Assembly (NCBI GenBank): GCA_050084515.1
Contig: CM114271.1
Location: 30,008,001 to 30,072,000 of the forward strand
DNA: 64,000 nucleotides
Source: Blasia pusilla
Lineage: Eukaryota
Direction: 5' to 3'
Each line of letters opens with the position of its first letter. Position 1 is the stretch's first letter. Shown here in pieces: positions 11,726 to 25,400 of the stretch. The notes under the pieces are model-generated. The model searched no databases, was not told where the DNA came from, and saw nothing but the letters and a program-made list of their open reading frames with translations. The translations under genes were made by a program, and so were the position numbers.

Positions 11726-14700
11726 TTAGCATGGGAGTATGGCAGGTTCACAAACATCGTTGAAAAAATTATGACGAAGGGCGTCTTCTGCTGTAATTCT
11801 ACTATCCGGGTCGATCTCCAGACACTTCTCGAGTAGGTCAACTAAGGAAGCCGGTATCTTGCTTTTCATATCAGGCCTTTTAGAATACTTTTCAATCCAA
11901 TCCTTTATTGTCACCGGTTCAAACGTCACAGAACGAGACTCCTGCAATCACAAATTCGTAATGATAAGTCGATCATTCAAAAATCACTACCACCTGACGA
12001 GTACATAGGATTCTCTCTTCGATCACGAGATATACTATTGTACAAACGCACCTTAGAAAGACTATGGTGACGATTGTGTTTTGCAGCAAGGCGCCAAAGT
12101 TTGTCAGATCCACGCATCTTCGCAATGTCCTTGAGGGCACTGCGCAAATAACAGTAAGAAAGACCGGTAAGGCACACAGAGAAGTTTGAAGCCGTAAACG
12201 GGATGTGACGTCATCGCCGTGTAGTTCACTGACCATGATCGTAGTAACAAATCCCTACAACTACAAGACGGCTGCCATGCTGACTAAATTTAAAAACCCG
12301 TAAAGCTTCCCGACTCAGGAAAGTGGGCATAATAGTGGGGCCTCAAGTTCGATGTCCAAAGTAGAAGCAAACCAAGGTATCACAGAACAGAGCGAAGGCA
12401 AATGCTACCCGTGACAACTAAAAGATAAGTCTACCACAGGCACTAACCCATCCGTGCTTGTTGAAGGAAATGGTGATCTTCCGGTTACCAACTGCAGCAA
12501 ACTCACTCCAGCCGACCATATGTCAACCTTCGTTGTCTGCTTAAATGACATCAACAGCACCTGTTTTGATTACAACATAAACGGTAGAACGATGACGCAA
12601 ACGGATAGGTTAGAAACCATCTCGCAAGTTAAACTAGCAGTCAAGCAAATTGGACAGAGACCTACATCCCTCGCCAGTCTTACAGCTTAGATCTCACAAA
12701 GGAGCAGAGATTTCGTTTTTTCTTGTACAAATGAGGTTTGCCGGGTTTGCTTAAGTTTGGTGGACCTAGGCAAAACCGCTTAACTTCGTAATAAGAAGGT
12801 TGTGAATCAGACAAGAAGACACAAAATGATTGATGACTACAATGAATATTTAGGAAAAACTTAAGCTCGAGGAAGGATCATCGAGGGGAGAGACCTCGGG
12901 AGCCCGGTATCCTTTCGTTCCAACACATGGTCCGTCTTTAACAGCATGGCCAACCCCTGCAGGAAGAACTTACGTCAGCAACCAATGTCTAGTATAACTG
13001 GTCAGTTGTCAAATAACAAGGTCGATGGGGAGATTTAGGTAACTTTCCAAGAGCCTACACACTAATCCAATTGATTTCCGTACTTGACGAAAATCCCTCC
13101 TTCTCACCTCTTACTTTCGGGGGTATCAACGCTTTGATCTGTCTGATATTTGAAGCTTGGGCTTCTTGTCGTAGGTCTCGAGGAATTTCGCCAGTTACGA
13201 GTTTCTTCCGATTGTTAAGTGCAGCCACTACCCTCTTTCTTCCCGATTGAGGGACGGAAGGCACTGGAGGTTGGTGATTGTAGACATTATCCGGACGAAT
13301 GTTATTTGCCCGCATATACTTGAGAATGGCAGGGTGCCCAATCTGGGGCCTAGGGGTTTGTGCCTGATTATTCTCCCGAGTAGAATCTGATACGTGGGCT
13401 TGCTGGGAAGCTCCGATATCCATGATTTGATTTGAAGCCCTCGGTGATTCCTGCACGTTGAGGTAGCAGTCAAAACTAAAAAGACGCAGGACATCACCAG
13501 ATTGAAGCTTCACTTCCAAGGCGTTACCGGCCTTGGAACAAAAAGAGACAGGGCAAGTACGGCTTCCCCATCAACACGGGAGAACGTGGACTACAGCAAG
13601 AAAGGCCCATAGCAAGCTAATGCTCTTGAAGGAAGTTTGGATGCGGATCAGTAAAAATCAATTAGCTGAGGAGCTATCAATACACTACATGGGAAGTACT
13701 ACACGATATAGATATTGTAATGAAACTTACCACGGGTTTCAGTGAAGAAGTGTTAGCTGCCATTATAGAGCTTGATTTAGGTTTGGCGTCATGTCTAATT
13801 CTTGCAAACGAAGTTTTGAGCTCCGCAGTCACACTGTGGGCTATCTTCTTATTACTTTGGTCTTGCAGCACAGCAGGAGTCTTGGCTGGCGACGGAGAAC
13901 TGGAGGATAAACAAGCGTCCATCAACAGGCGACTGCGTTTCGAAAGATTTAGCGGACTGCTTGCTGCCTCCTCCTGCAGTAAAGGTCTCTTTGCAGCTCT
14001 TTTCGCGTCATTTTTTTCTAGAACTGCAGTGATCCGTAGTTTCTTCAGTCTCTCTGTAGATAGAAGACGGTCAAAACCTTCAGACGAAGCAGCTGGAAGT
14101 CATTTACCTATCGCAAAGAACATGATAAAGTGATCATGACATTATGATGATTCCGCGTTGCACCTAATCACTAAATTCGTATGTTGAGGTGACTTGTTAT
14201 ATGCATGATCTCTGTTACACACCAATTGGGACGGACTCTAACAGGGCATCTAAACTCTATTCACAGCCTATATTACGTATTCCATTGCTCCACCTTCAGG
14301 TTTGAAAATGTAGATGGTACGTACTGGAAGGTCGGGACGTTTCATCCTGCAAGAAATGCAAACAGAAAAGAGGGGGTACTGTACATCAGCAAGCATTCAG
14401 ATCCCCTGAGGCATAACCTAGACAATGTCTTCCATCGGATGCGACGCAACACATTGGTGCACAATTTCAAGAGCAGAATTTCATGAGCAGTCAAAACTCT
14501 ATCAAGCTCTTGAAATCTCTATAATGGCAGCTAACACTTCTTCACTTTCCAGTCAAAACTAACTAGTCGAGCACGCAAATGGGGCATCCCAAACAACTCC
14601 ACGCCATCTATCTTATGGAGTTTCTGGTCTCGATTTCTCACATTAATAATATGCATACTATACTCGACCTGTGATCAAACAGTAAACACTAAGATCAGGA

Positions 14701-17506
14701 GTGCTCACCCTAGCAAGATTGAAATCGACTAGATAACCCAACTTGTTTGATCGTGAAAATAGGAAGTTCCCCGGCTTAACGTCCAGATGCATTATCTTCT
14801 GCACAATCGATTGTCAAGGTGATCCCTGTGAGAGACCGCAGAGTCGGTAATCCGTTCTTTACAAGTTTCCTAAATTACGACGCCGATGTATACGAATCTG
14901 CGGGAAAAGCATAGGTTCCTTCACTCACGGCTTACATTTTTATGCAAATGCGCCAGTGCTCTGAAGAGACAATAGAAGTAATTTTGAAGCTCTTCTATAG
15001 TGATCTCCTTTTTCAAAATCTGCAGAAAAAACAGGAGAATTAGTCGACGGAAACCTTTACCGTTAGGAGACTCATACAATATAAATTGATCGTGAGTTAT
15101 ATCTTTAGTCGATATAACCAATGCTCTACGTTACACTTGGGATGAAACGCTGATTCACATGTGTTAGCGTGAATGACACCCTAGGAATCATGACAACAAT
15201 TTGTGAGAGTTGCCCCAATTCAGGTTGAAGTTGTGACAAAAAAAAAGGGTTCTGAGGGAATATACCTCTGGCTTATCGTGTTCAACAAGCTCGAGAAGAA
15301 TGCATTGACATCGGCAGTACCCTCCAGGTTCGGACTCAGATTTATACCTGCCCGTGACAACATCTTCGAATTTGATGACGAAATTCTTCCCTCTGCCAGT
15401 TTACCTCATTGGGTCAGGGGTCATTCCTTGTACAGACGACATGCACTTCTCGTATCAAGGAAGCAATAATAAAACAGAATTCTCGCTGGACAGACTTTCG
15501 ATTTGACGGACTCAACACAATACATGCCGTGGGCATTCTGTATTGAAAACATAGCCCGCAGAAAACTCGTCAAGGCATGGATGTGAGGAAAGTTTTACCC
15601 AAAAACTTTTAGCATGGTTCTTTCATTTGAGACGCAAGAAGGGTGTGTCTTCGACAGTGGACCTGCATGCAAAAACGTTGCGCTTAATTACTGGATAGGC
15701 AAAAGCCCGTTCATTTCATGCCAATTCGTGAATTTCTAATATTGATCCACCACGAAAGCTGTAAGAGTGGCGAGCGAGAGTCAAAAACTTATGATGTAGA
15801 CGAGGCCAGAAAGCCGAACTTACATTTCATGGCGAAAATCTTCTCATCCTTCCTTCGTAGCACTTTATACACAGTCCCATAACCCCCTGCAGATACGAGC
15901 AACAGTAAGATCAACAGTGAAGAAGGACCGACACCAGGCTGAGTGAAGTCATTAAGAGGTACGAATCGAGGGATTCCACAATTGGAGTGTGCGATGCCTT
16001 CTGATCCCGTCGGGATACTTGAACGTCGTCTATCCAACCAACCTTACAAGAGCTCTGTGGAAGAGGTCTGCATTTTGAATTCCAAACACGTTGAAAAATA
16101 TACAATCAAAAGGGTTGTATAGATTAACTAATTGCATCCTTCAGCAACAACTTCCAGGTCACTGTTAGACCAATTCACCTCCAACACCCCCTATGGTGCA
16201 AATTTAAAATAGCGAGCCCCACTTTTTCCACTCTGTACTGTTACTGCGAAGAGTAGGACCGACAGACGGTAAAGGCGCTCATTCTCGAGAGAGATAGGAT
16301 TTTACATGCCTGAGCCCATCTCGCCTATTATGGTGTAGTTCTCAAACTCGGGCACAATTTTCAATTCCTGGTGCTTCTGCACACGTAGGAAGATAAGGAG
16401 CACGTCAAGTGAAATCTCAACCCTGTATTCCATCTGGGCAACGTGCGCACATTTCCTGCTTTTCAGAAGAGCAGGATAGCGATTTAATGTGATGAAAGGA
16501 CAGCATCTCGACTCGACACTCGACATCACAAGAAGTAAGCCATAACACCTCACACCTGTACTCATTGTCACTAGGTTAGAGCTTCACCACTAGCAATTCG
16601 TTCAAGCTGAGTACGAGCACATGCCAAACTTCTCCAAACCTATCCCAGATCCAAGGTACGTACATGAGAGAGCAAAATGTCCGTGGTCCGGGAGTTACAA
16701 AAATGCACATGAGTTCTATTAGAGATCTCGACATGCGGGAGGCTTCTTTCCAGGAGTACCTGCTTCTGTTGGGCGTCGGGCGGACCCACTAACTTTATTG
16801 GTGGAGCTACGACGCCAACGCCACCCTTTAACAGAGAATCCCACTCACACTTTTCGGGCGGTATGATGAATTTATCAAGGTCAACATTGTTCCCATTTTT
16901 CATCGATGGTTTTGCCTCAAGTTTCTCTTCGTGAGAAACTACGAGGCACCCAACCGTACCATTAATGCAGCCATCAACTACCCCCGGAGTGTCCCCAGCT
17001 CCGACACGATCTTCGGCGGTATCCAAGTTAATTTCTTCCAGCCTATCCATGGTTAGATTCTCATTCTCGTGCTTGACATCTTCCAACTTCACTGCCGCAG
17101 CCTGCATCATGGGATCAATCTCTCGCTCATGACCATGGGTTGAGCCGCTATTAGGCAACATTGGCTCAATCCGTTGAGCTCCGGGGTTCATGATGGCCTT
17201 TACCTCATTGAGTTGGAGGTGTTTAACAGTAGTTAAGAATCCACCTAAAGTTGCTTTCCCCATCGTCTGCGAATAATTGCTTGTAACGTATATACGGCCA
17301 TCGTTGAGTTTGAGCAACTGCGAGTTTGGTCGAACACAAAAATCTAGCAGCTCTGCATACGTGATTGGAAAGAGCACAATTTTTTTTGATAACTCTTCAG
17401 GAGTGCAGGGTCCACCGTGCTTGTAGAGAATGTAAGTCACCAAGTCGACCTTCTGCTGTTGAACTTCCTTCACAAAATCGACCTTCTTCTCCTCAACCTC
17501 CTCCAT
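11726..17506 (-). CDS. CDC7: Cell division control protein 7 (DDK catalytic) Ser/Thr kinase, ~13 coding exons
   Basis: Approximate exons: 17506-~16660 (plant CDC7-type N-terminus), 16377-16317 (IIGEMGSG), 15888-15823 (GYGTVYKV...AMKC), 15662-15598, 15392-15266, 15019-14935, 14798-14709 (HLDVKPGNFLF...LVDFNLA), 14347-14326, 14094-13730 and 13451-13108 (large kinase insert), 12957-12895 (GPCVGTKGYRAPE), 12560-12449 (DIWSAGV), 12140-12051, 11941-11726 (LLEKCLEIDPDSRITAEDALRHNFF). A split kinase domain with a large insert is characteristic of CDC7. Confidence 0.9.
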
Positions 17507-18525
17507 TAAGTCTCAGCAATTTTAGCTCCACCATCACATGTTCAATCACAGCGATTAAGGGAACCTTAGTTTCCCTCTGCGACGCTCCTTCGAGCAGTAC
17601 GAAAGGCTCTGCTCTTAAGTCCAAGTTGCCGCATCACTCCGAATGTCGTGCTTCAACTTAGATTGTGCAGGGTATACCGGTCATAGCTGCCGTTCGTGAT
17701 TCATGTGCAACTCTGAAGGGTTTATGCAGTTCAGCCTTCATATTGCCTGTCTATGCTCCCAGCGTTTCCTTGAATTGTTCATAATACAAGAACCATGGGC
17801 GTCTCAATTATTTACACGACGAGCCTTCGCGGAGATCACGCAAACAAGCCAGAAGCCGTCCAAATATAAGGCAGGTGCACTATTCACCATCAACTTCTGC
17901 ACCATTCGTGGAGAGAACGGATTTTTAACACCCTGCCATCGCACAACGTCCTAGTAATCCTATGTTGGCTCCACATTTCAATTACAAAACTACACACTTG
18001 CGCCACTCATTTGTAATTGACAAAATGACAATCACAATGGCGTCGCCCCGGGGAACGACATAGAATTCGATATTTGTTTAGCACTTACTAAAACACATCT
18101 CAGGGTTCATAGGATATTCGTTGGTTAACATCACAGACACATCGAGCGCAAATCAGGACAACTCGAAGTCAAAATCGCGTTGATCCAAGGTCAATAGAAC
18201 CAGCTAGAAAAACCAAAATTTTCCGAGAATCTCCGAACATGAGTTCAAGCATTCCACCGCGAACTCAAATCACTACTGCATGGTCTGGAAAACAGGATCA
18301 AGAACAGCAACTGACGGCAATTCAGACTCACCGAAGCCACGCGAGAGTAAGCAGCTCCTAGCGGAAATACCAGGCCGTACCTAGCCCGCAAATCCCGCGT
18401 TTCCGGAGGAAGACGTCGAGAGAGAAATCGAATGGCCGAGCAGATCACAAGAGGCGCGATGAAGCTCCGTTCAAACGCGGGCAGAACGGCGAGCGAAGGG
18501 GGAGCGAGGGAGGGAGGAACGCAAC

Positions 18526-18557
18526 TTTGCCGCGCGCCTCGGAGAAAGGGCGGGAAA
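18526..18557. promoter_or_regulatory. Two E2F sites in the CDC7 promoter region
   Basis: TTTGCCGC (18526-18533) and GGCGGGAAA, the reverse complement of TTTCCCGCC (18549-18557), in a GC-rich block upstream of CDC7. Fits an S-phase replication gene. Confidence 0.6.
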
Positions 18558-18987
18558 CAGGTGTGATCCGCGATGGTCGAAAGAGTCCGTCCAACTCGGC
18601 GAGACGTCTCAATAACTGGGTAAGTTTCCGAATTTCAGATTACCGTAGGTTCGCAAACCGTTTTGGATGGAGTAACTACTCCCATATCCCATAGTGGAGC
18701 GGTTTGCCGGCCACTAATGTGAGAATGAGAAACTAAGCTCCGTTAAGCCCCTCATCTGCTCCCAATTGAGGACGAGATGCCGTCAAAACCGTATCAATCT
18801 ATATTATTGAAAGAAAAGGGGTTAGGGAAGTCCTCACCTACACGTGTACAACAACATTTAACTAAGTGATGATAAGAAGAAGATTTGTTTCAATTGGAAA
18901 TCGTGTGGGTAAGGAGCTAGTACAACAAGTATGTGACCTAAGTAGTCCGTTTAGTATTGTGGAAAGTACAAAATGGTTAGAGTGATA

Positions 18988-19233
18988 TCTATACTACAAT
19001 GGGAGGAGTGTTTAGACATGGCGACACATGTTAAGAGGGGTGCGTATACGATGGGGTTGGGAAAAGATGGGCGCATATATGAGGGGCGTATATATCCCAC
19101 GCGGAGGGGGTTGGGAAAAGAAGGGTGTGTATATGAGGGTGTATATGTTTGGCGCGTTTACGCAGGGGCGTATACATTTTGGGTTGGGGAAACAAAAACC
19201 GTGCATCGCACGGTCGTCACAGGCATTAACTAG
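18988..19233 (+). mobile_element. Non-autonomous mini-Helitron (246 bp)
   Basis: 5' end A|TCTATACTAC. 3' hairpin CCGTGC-ATC-GCACGG followed by CTAG|T. No TSD, inserted at an AT site. An empty-site paralog GATATATGAG...AGTAGAAA lies at ~19586. Confidence 0.8.
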
Positions 19234-19261
19234 TATGAGTAAGTAGAAAACACGTAGGCCA

Positions 19262-19478
19262 TCGATACTATTATTTGAGGAGGGGTCTACTCTAGGACTC
19301 TCCAATGGCGACACCTCTTGAACACGTGTCGTGTTCCAGAGGTGTCGTGTTTCTCTTGCAAGGCATTTTAAATACGGGGCACGGTTCAGCACATAGGGTT
19401 AAGGCACATTCAAAGTGGACCGTACACAAGAGAGGGCATATACAAGAGGACCATGGCACGGTCACGGACACTAACTAG
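19262..19478 (+). mobile_element. Non-autonomous mini-Helitron (217 bp)
   Basis: 5' end A|TCGATACTATTAT. 3' end CCATGGCACGG...CTAACTAG|T. An empty-site paralog AGGCCA|TATGTAGAATGGTTGG lies at ~19732. Confidence 0.75.
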
Positions 19479-20369
19479 TATGTAGAATGGTTGGTTGTGA
19501 GGTGTCCATATTGGAGTACAAGTGTATTTTAAAATTTTGTAAGATAAAAAAATAATATTTTGGAAAGTAAAAAATGATTATACTGATATATGAGCAAAAG
19601 TAGAAACCAGTGTGTTGCCTTTGCAAAGGGTGGAGAAGAGAGTAATTAACACATGCGTGCATGGGACATGTGGATAGTCTAGATGGCCAAGAAAAAAAAT
19701 GACGAGCACTTGTAGAGGCCATAAATAGATAGGCCATATGTAGAATGGTTGGCTGTGAGATGTCGAGATTGGAGAACGCGTGTATCTGAAAAAATTGTGG
19801 GATTAAAAAATGGATATATTTTGGAGAAAATGAATAATTGACTTTAGAGATTATTGATGTATGTCGAAGTGAGAAATTGGAGATTGTTCAAAACATATGG
19901 AGATAGTAAACTTTTGGAAATGGAGAGTTGAGAATTGTGATGGCAAATACATGTAGTTAGAGCATGAAAGAAGACATTAACAATGCATAATGAGATAACT
20001 TCTTTTCTGTGTTTGAAGAAAATAAGCCACAAAGAGCCAAATGAAGAATATACTTATGAATATGAATAAATGAATTTTTTGTTAAGTGTTTGGCAGATTT
20101 TGAAGTTCGTTTGGTTATCTAACAACATGAAAAAGCTTACAAAGTATGAAAGAAATTAAAACATTTTTAAAAAAAAATGAAGAGCAAAATGCATTTTGCT
20201 TGGTTGTGTCAGCATAGTGAACTTCATGTAGATTAGATGGAAATTGATCCTAAAAGACACAACAGTGCAGGAAGTAGTGATTAGAGGATGATAAGAGATT
20301 TATGAGAGTGTAAGCTTTCCCCTTAATCATTCAGAAAATGCAACATGTATAATATGTGGCAGAATTTAT

Positions 20370-22287
20370 TATGAAAACTGGGCTGAGTTGATGTGTATGT
20401 CATTAGAATTGCAAAAGAGTACGTTGCAAAGTAAAGATGCTTGAAGGTTACAATTGAACAACTCTAACCTCTATAGTTGCGCAACATTGACTACAATGCA
20501 AGCAACTGCAATGAAAGCTTGGGATTGAATTCAAGTAATGAGCAACATCTTTTGCAAAGTCATAAAGTTGTGCCTTGCAATCCCTACGTTGTGTTTTCAG
20601 TGCCCCTAACTCAACAATATTTTTCTGATTATCTTGTAATGCATCTTGTAGCAGACTATTGAGAACGCTAACTTGAGTGCACTTGAAATGTGCCCCATAA
20701 TAGGTTATATGCAGATAATTGGAAGAGACCTAATAGGAATCACAAAAACATAATAAATTATAAAAGAAAATATTTTGTAGAAAATAAAACATGATGCATG
20801 AAACAAAACTGAATTGTAATAACTTAAAAATTTATCCAAGTGAAATGTGGATGGATAGTTGAAGTATCAAAATATAAATGTCTATTCCTGTCCCAACATA
20901 TAGAAATTTTAGGAAGAAATGGCAACATGTGCTAGACATAGCTGCAGTTGAAGGTACTAAGATAGAGCAGACTATATCGAAAAGAAATATGCTAATATCT
21001 AATTGTATTGTTTGAAGTGGAGAGCTGATTCGGAGTAGCAAGGAAGACCTGCACAAAAATTGTAGAGAGAATGGAGTTGAAGTCAATGATGAAATGCATT
21101 GAAAAATATAAAGTGATATAATTATAAAATCATAGCTTTAATACAGTAATTGGATGAGTAAATACCTAGACATGATATACCTTAAGAACATTTGCGCTTA
21201 TTGGGCGATGCAAGAGTAGGAGCGGGATCATAATTATCACTTGACGGAGTGGGAAAGGTTTCATTCTTAACAAGACTTCCGAACAAGCTTGGAGTGTCAG
21301 ATGGTATGTTATGGCTACTACTTCCACGTGTTGAAGAGATGATGATAACATCATCAAACTGAGGAAACAACGAAAAATGGTGGGAATTATGTAAATCTAT
21401 TGGAAGAGGCACAATCTCAAGTAATTGGCCATCACCACGTGCAGTCTTCATACCCTTAAGAAAGTGGCTTGCTTTCACATAGGTGAGGTCCAAGAGCATT
21501 CCAATAGGCACATGAAATTCATGCCTAGGCATACGTAGTTGGTCTAGGCGTATGCCGCCAGAGATAAATTTGAATAGGAGGGTTGCACCCTTCCCAGTTA
21601 AGGATACCTCTTTGAAATCAATATTTCTTTCTATATTCTTGAAAAAGCAAAGTAGAATGGATGAATAGTTAGATGCAAGTGGATAAGTAGTGACTTTCAA
21701 GTGGAGATGTACAAAATTTGAATGTATTTAGGTTTATGCATAAAGAATACTTAGAACAAAACTGAAAGTATATTTTTCACCGGATGCTTGTCCTTCCTTG
21801 TGGATTCTCTGAAACTTGGTATCCTATATTTGACCTTGTGCAGTGAAAGTCTGGATTTGACGTTTGGTGATGCCATGCTCCCATAAAGCAGGCATCACTC
21901 CAAGGTTATTTAGGTACTTAATCTAGTTCTCCGTGGGATTTGTATATATGGGCATGATGTCTTCTTGAAAAGTGTTTGTGTCGTTCAAGATCATATTTGC
22001 AAAGTCTAAATAATTCACAAGGACCTGATAACATAATGTTAGCTCAAAAGTGAGGGATCATGAGGATAGAAGGAAAGGGAGTATGAAAGAAATAAGAAAC
22101 CTCATATGGTGGCACGCTCTGTTGATGCACTAATGGTAGAGTGAAGTGTATTGTTGACATTGCTTGGATTCTCGTCATGTTGATTGACAAATGTTCCTCT
22201 AGCATTATGAGGTGGCTGAGTTTCCTGGTGAGTTTGATTCGATGATCTGCTTGAGTGTGTCCTTGAAGAATTCCCATAAGAAGCCAT
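20370..22287 (-). pseudogene. Spliced passenger/accessory gene remnant downstream of RepHel, function unknown
   Basis: ATG at ~22287 (MASYGNSS...). Exon-like blocks with AG/GT borders at ~22287-22102, 22024-21750, 21700-21182, 21050-20830 and 20731-20370, separated by short AT-rich intron-like gaps. Confidence 0.4.
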
Positions 22288-22445
22288 AATAACTTGTGTA
22301 GAAAGAGATAAGTGTAGTGTGAGTACTGTCACTGAGTATCAATTACTTTAAAATCATTAGGTACCAAATTGCTACAAATTTTCAGTTGGCTTCTACTCTA
22401 ATATCGGATAACATCACATAGGCAAGTCCTTGCCCAAAAATAGAT

Positions 22446-25400
22446 TTAATTACCACAAGGCAACTGGTGAAGTGTCTTCTCTTGTAGCCACAAAATAAAC
22501 TCAAGTGTTGTAGGCGCATTTGACCTAACATTTACTTCTACAATGGATGCACCATGAAAGAGCCTTCTAAGTGTTAACACATTGAAAATCAATACATCTT
22601 CACAATGAGTGCAAACTATTACTGTTTCAGAGTCAATGAAGTCAATGGCACCATCTTCAGAAACAAAACAAGAAGATAGAAATCCATTTATCTGATCTTG
22701 AGTGGGGATGCGAAGCTTGATAGAGTTCATGAACAAGAGATATGGTGGATCTACAACATGTCTCATTTGAGTGGTCAGTTGAAAGGTTAAAAGGTATCAA
22801 TGAAGAATGTAGAGGAGATGATGTGAAAACTTCTACATAATTCAAAGTATCTATGATTACAAATTCGTGATATTTGGCACAAGTCTCCAACCAGGAGTAC
22901 CAATTTTCCAGCAAAAGGAGTTGGGGATGATGAAGATGATACTTCATTTAAACGCATGGCTATAATTTGAAGTAATTGGGGTGTGAGCATTGAACACTCA
23001 TCTATAACTATAACCTGAGATGTTTTAAGTTTCAAAAAGTTGTCAGATGCAGCATGCATAAAGAAGATTACCTTTTATTGGTATTGCATATGCTGAATGG
23101 ACAGTGGTAGCTTTAGCATGAAGTCTTATAGTAGCAATATATGTTGTTGCAGTTAAAATTGGAGACATTTTTTTGTACTTCCAATAGCTATACATGAATG
23201 TAATAACAACAAATTCAACACCCAGGTGGTCCTTTGAGTAGTACTATATTAGATTTGATATCTTTGAAGAGGCAAAAAAGTTCGGATTGTCCATTGTTCA
23301 GATCAGCTATGTCAAGTTTAATAGGCTATATTATGTCTGGTGTAGACTTTTATGTTTGTGGAGGAGATTTTATTGATATAAGTTATGTGATATTAGCCCG
23401 TAATTCAGGTTGTAAGAGATCCTGCATTTTTGCAAGGATCTCTACTACATGGACCTGACTCCAAAGATTTTTGAAGGTATGTGCTTTAACCAGTTTATAA
23501 ACATCATCAATAGTTTTCATTATCTGCCTTAAAATACATTCATGGATATAAGTCCATTTGATTGCAGTAGAGGAAAACAAACTATTTTCAGATTGGAACG
23601 AAACACTACAAAGAAAAACTACATAAAAAATTCATTGGTTTGGTGAAGTGGGTGAAATTCAGTACACCTAACTCTACAAGTAGTTTTTGAGACTATATTA
23701 CCTAAGTTGTTGTAGCCAATGTAAGGTGTAAGATGCTTTGGATAAGTTTTCAGCAATTCATAATTACTCCACTAGCCTATGAAGATCACATCGTCAAAAA
23801 CTTGTAGTTTAATAGAATATAGGACAACAGGATGAATACATGGAAGTGAAGCATTTTTATACAAGGAACTCCTTCTATGGATAGGATTAAAGTCAATGTA
23901 TGTGACAGCTTGAGACCTATAGATTATGGGGATCTGCATCGATGTTAAAATAGCTTCTGTGGAAGACATAGACATGTTCAGAACCATTCCATAAATCAAA
24001 TTTAGTTTGATCTCATCTATTCTACCAAGACCTCGGTATCTAGAAATTTCTATGTCAATGTCCAAGGAGCCAATGGATTGAGACTTAAGGGCATACTTTG
24101 GTAAATAAAAGCTCGAGTCAATATTAGTTACACTATGTATGTTCATGTGAGCTTCCCAGAGAAGTAAAATGAGTGGATGGTATGCAATCACATTACAATG
24201 TTGAGGAGATGCTTTATAGCAAGTCCACTTCATTCTTAAAGGATCAATGAAGGGAACCAGTTCAAGGTGAATAACTGATGGAAAGCCAAGACGAAAATAT
24301 GGTTTTGTTTAGCTTTTCCGCACAACACAAACATCATCTTTGCACTTATATAATTTTTTTTCAATACATATGTTAGCAAAGTATCAAATATCTCGATCCT
24401 TCTAACACTCCGATATATTGGGCAGTGGAATAACAATAGTTTATGTTGGTATGTATGTACATATCTCAAAGGTTACTTGGTCTACATCCAAGGGCTCCAA
24501 CAATAAAATCATCTGACAATGAATACTACCCCTAACTTGCATCTCATAATGTAGCAAGTAATTTAACACTTTCCCAAGTAAGCGTAGCCTATTGAAAATA
24601 AATTGACTGAGAAAAGAATGTAACCTGGTGTGAAAAAATTGTGCACACTCAGCAGGGGCATCTCGTCATGTGGAAATGAGATTAAAGTTTTTCAGCAAGG
24701 TTTCCATATATGTGAACTCAGGCCAACACGTTTCTGAAATTTCATCAGAGGTCAAAGTGAGGAAAAAATGGAGCATGCTCCATTTGTGGACCATGGCTTT
24801 CAAGTCCTTCAAATGCCTTCTATGCCAAGTTGGGCTACTTGGTCATTGGGGACCTATAGACTATTTAGAGAGATGAGCATATCAATCTCCTTCATTTATA
24901 TCTGGTTTCTGTTTTCTAAGGTTGTATAATTCTCTATTTAGTATGAAGGTCCTACTATTTGAACATATAGAAATGGATTGACAGAGCTAGTGCATTAATA
25001 AGGCAAAAGGCTTATATAAGGAGAAGGGGCTAAATAACTATTTAGATCGATTGCGTAAAAACTCAGCAAATGTAGCGTGGCCAGTGAAATAACCCAGAAG
25101 GTAAGGAAACAAAAATGAAAAGAGTGTTGTTTCTATATTAAGAAGTGGGTCTAGAGAATTTCCTATGTTATTAAGGAGAAAATTTTCACGTACACATGCA
25201 TATGTACGTAGTGTTCTACTACCGTTGTGAAAGATGTCAATAGATGCACGCCTCCTAATAGATATTGTATAGGCTACATCTTGCATAATATTTAGTTTAG
25301 GTTGGTAAGGATCATAACTCATACTAAAGGTTACTTGAGCCTTTTCTTAAGATTGTTTTATTATGCTATCGATTGATGTAGAAGGAAGTATAACAAGGCC

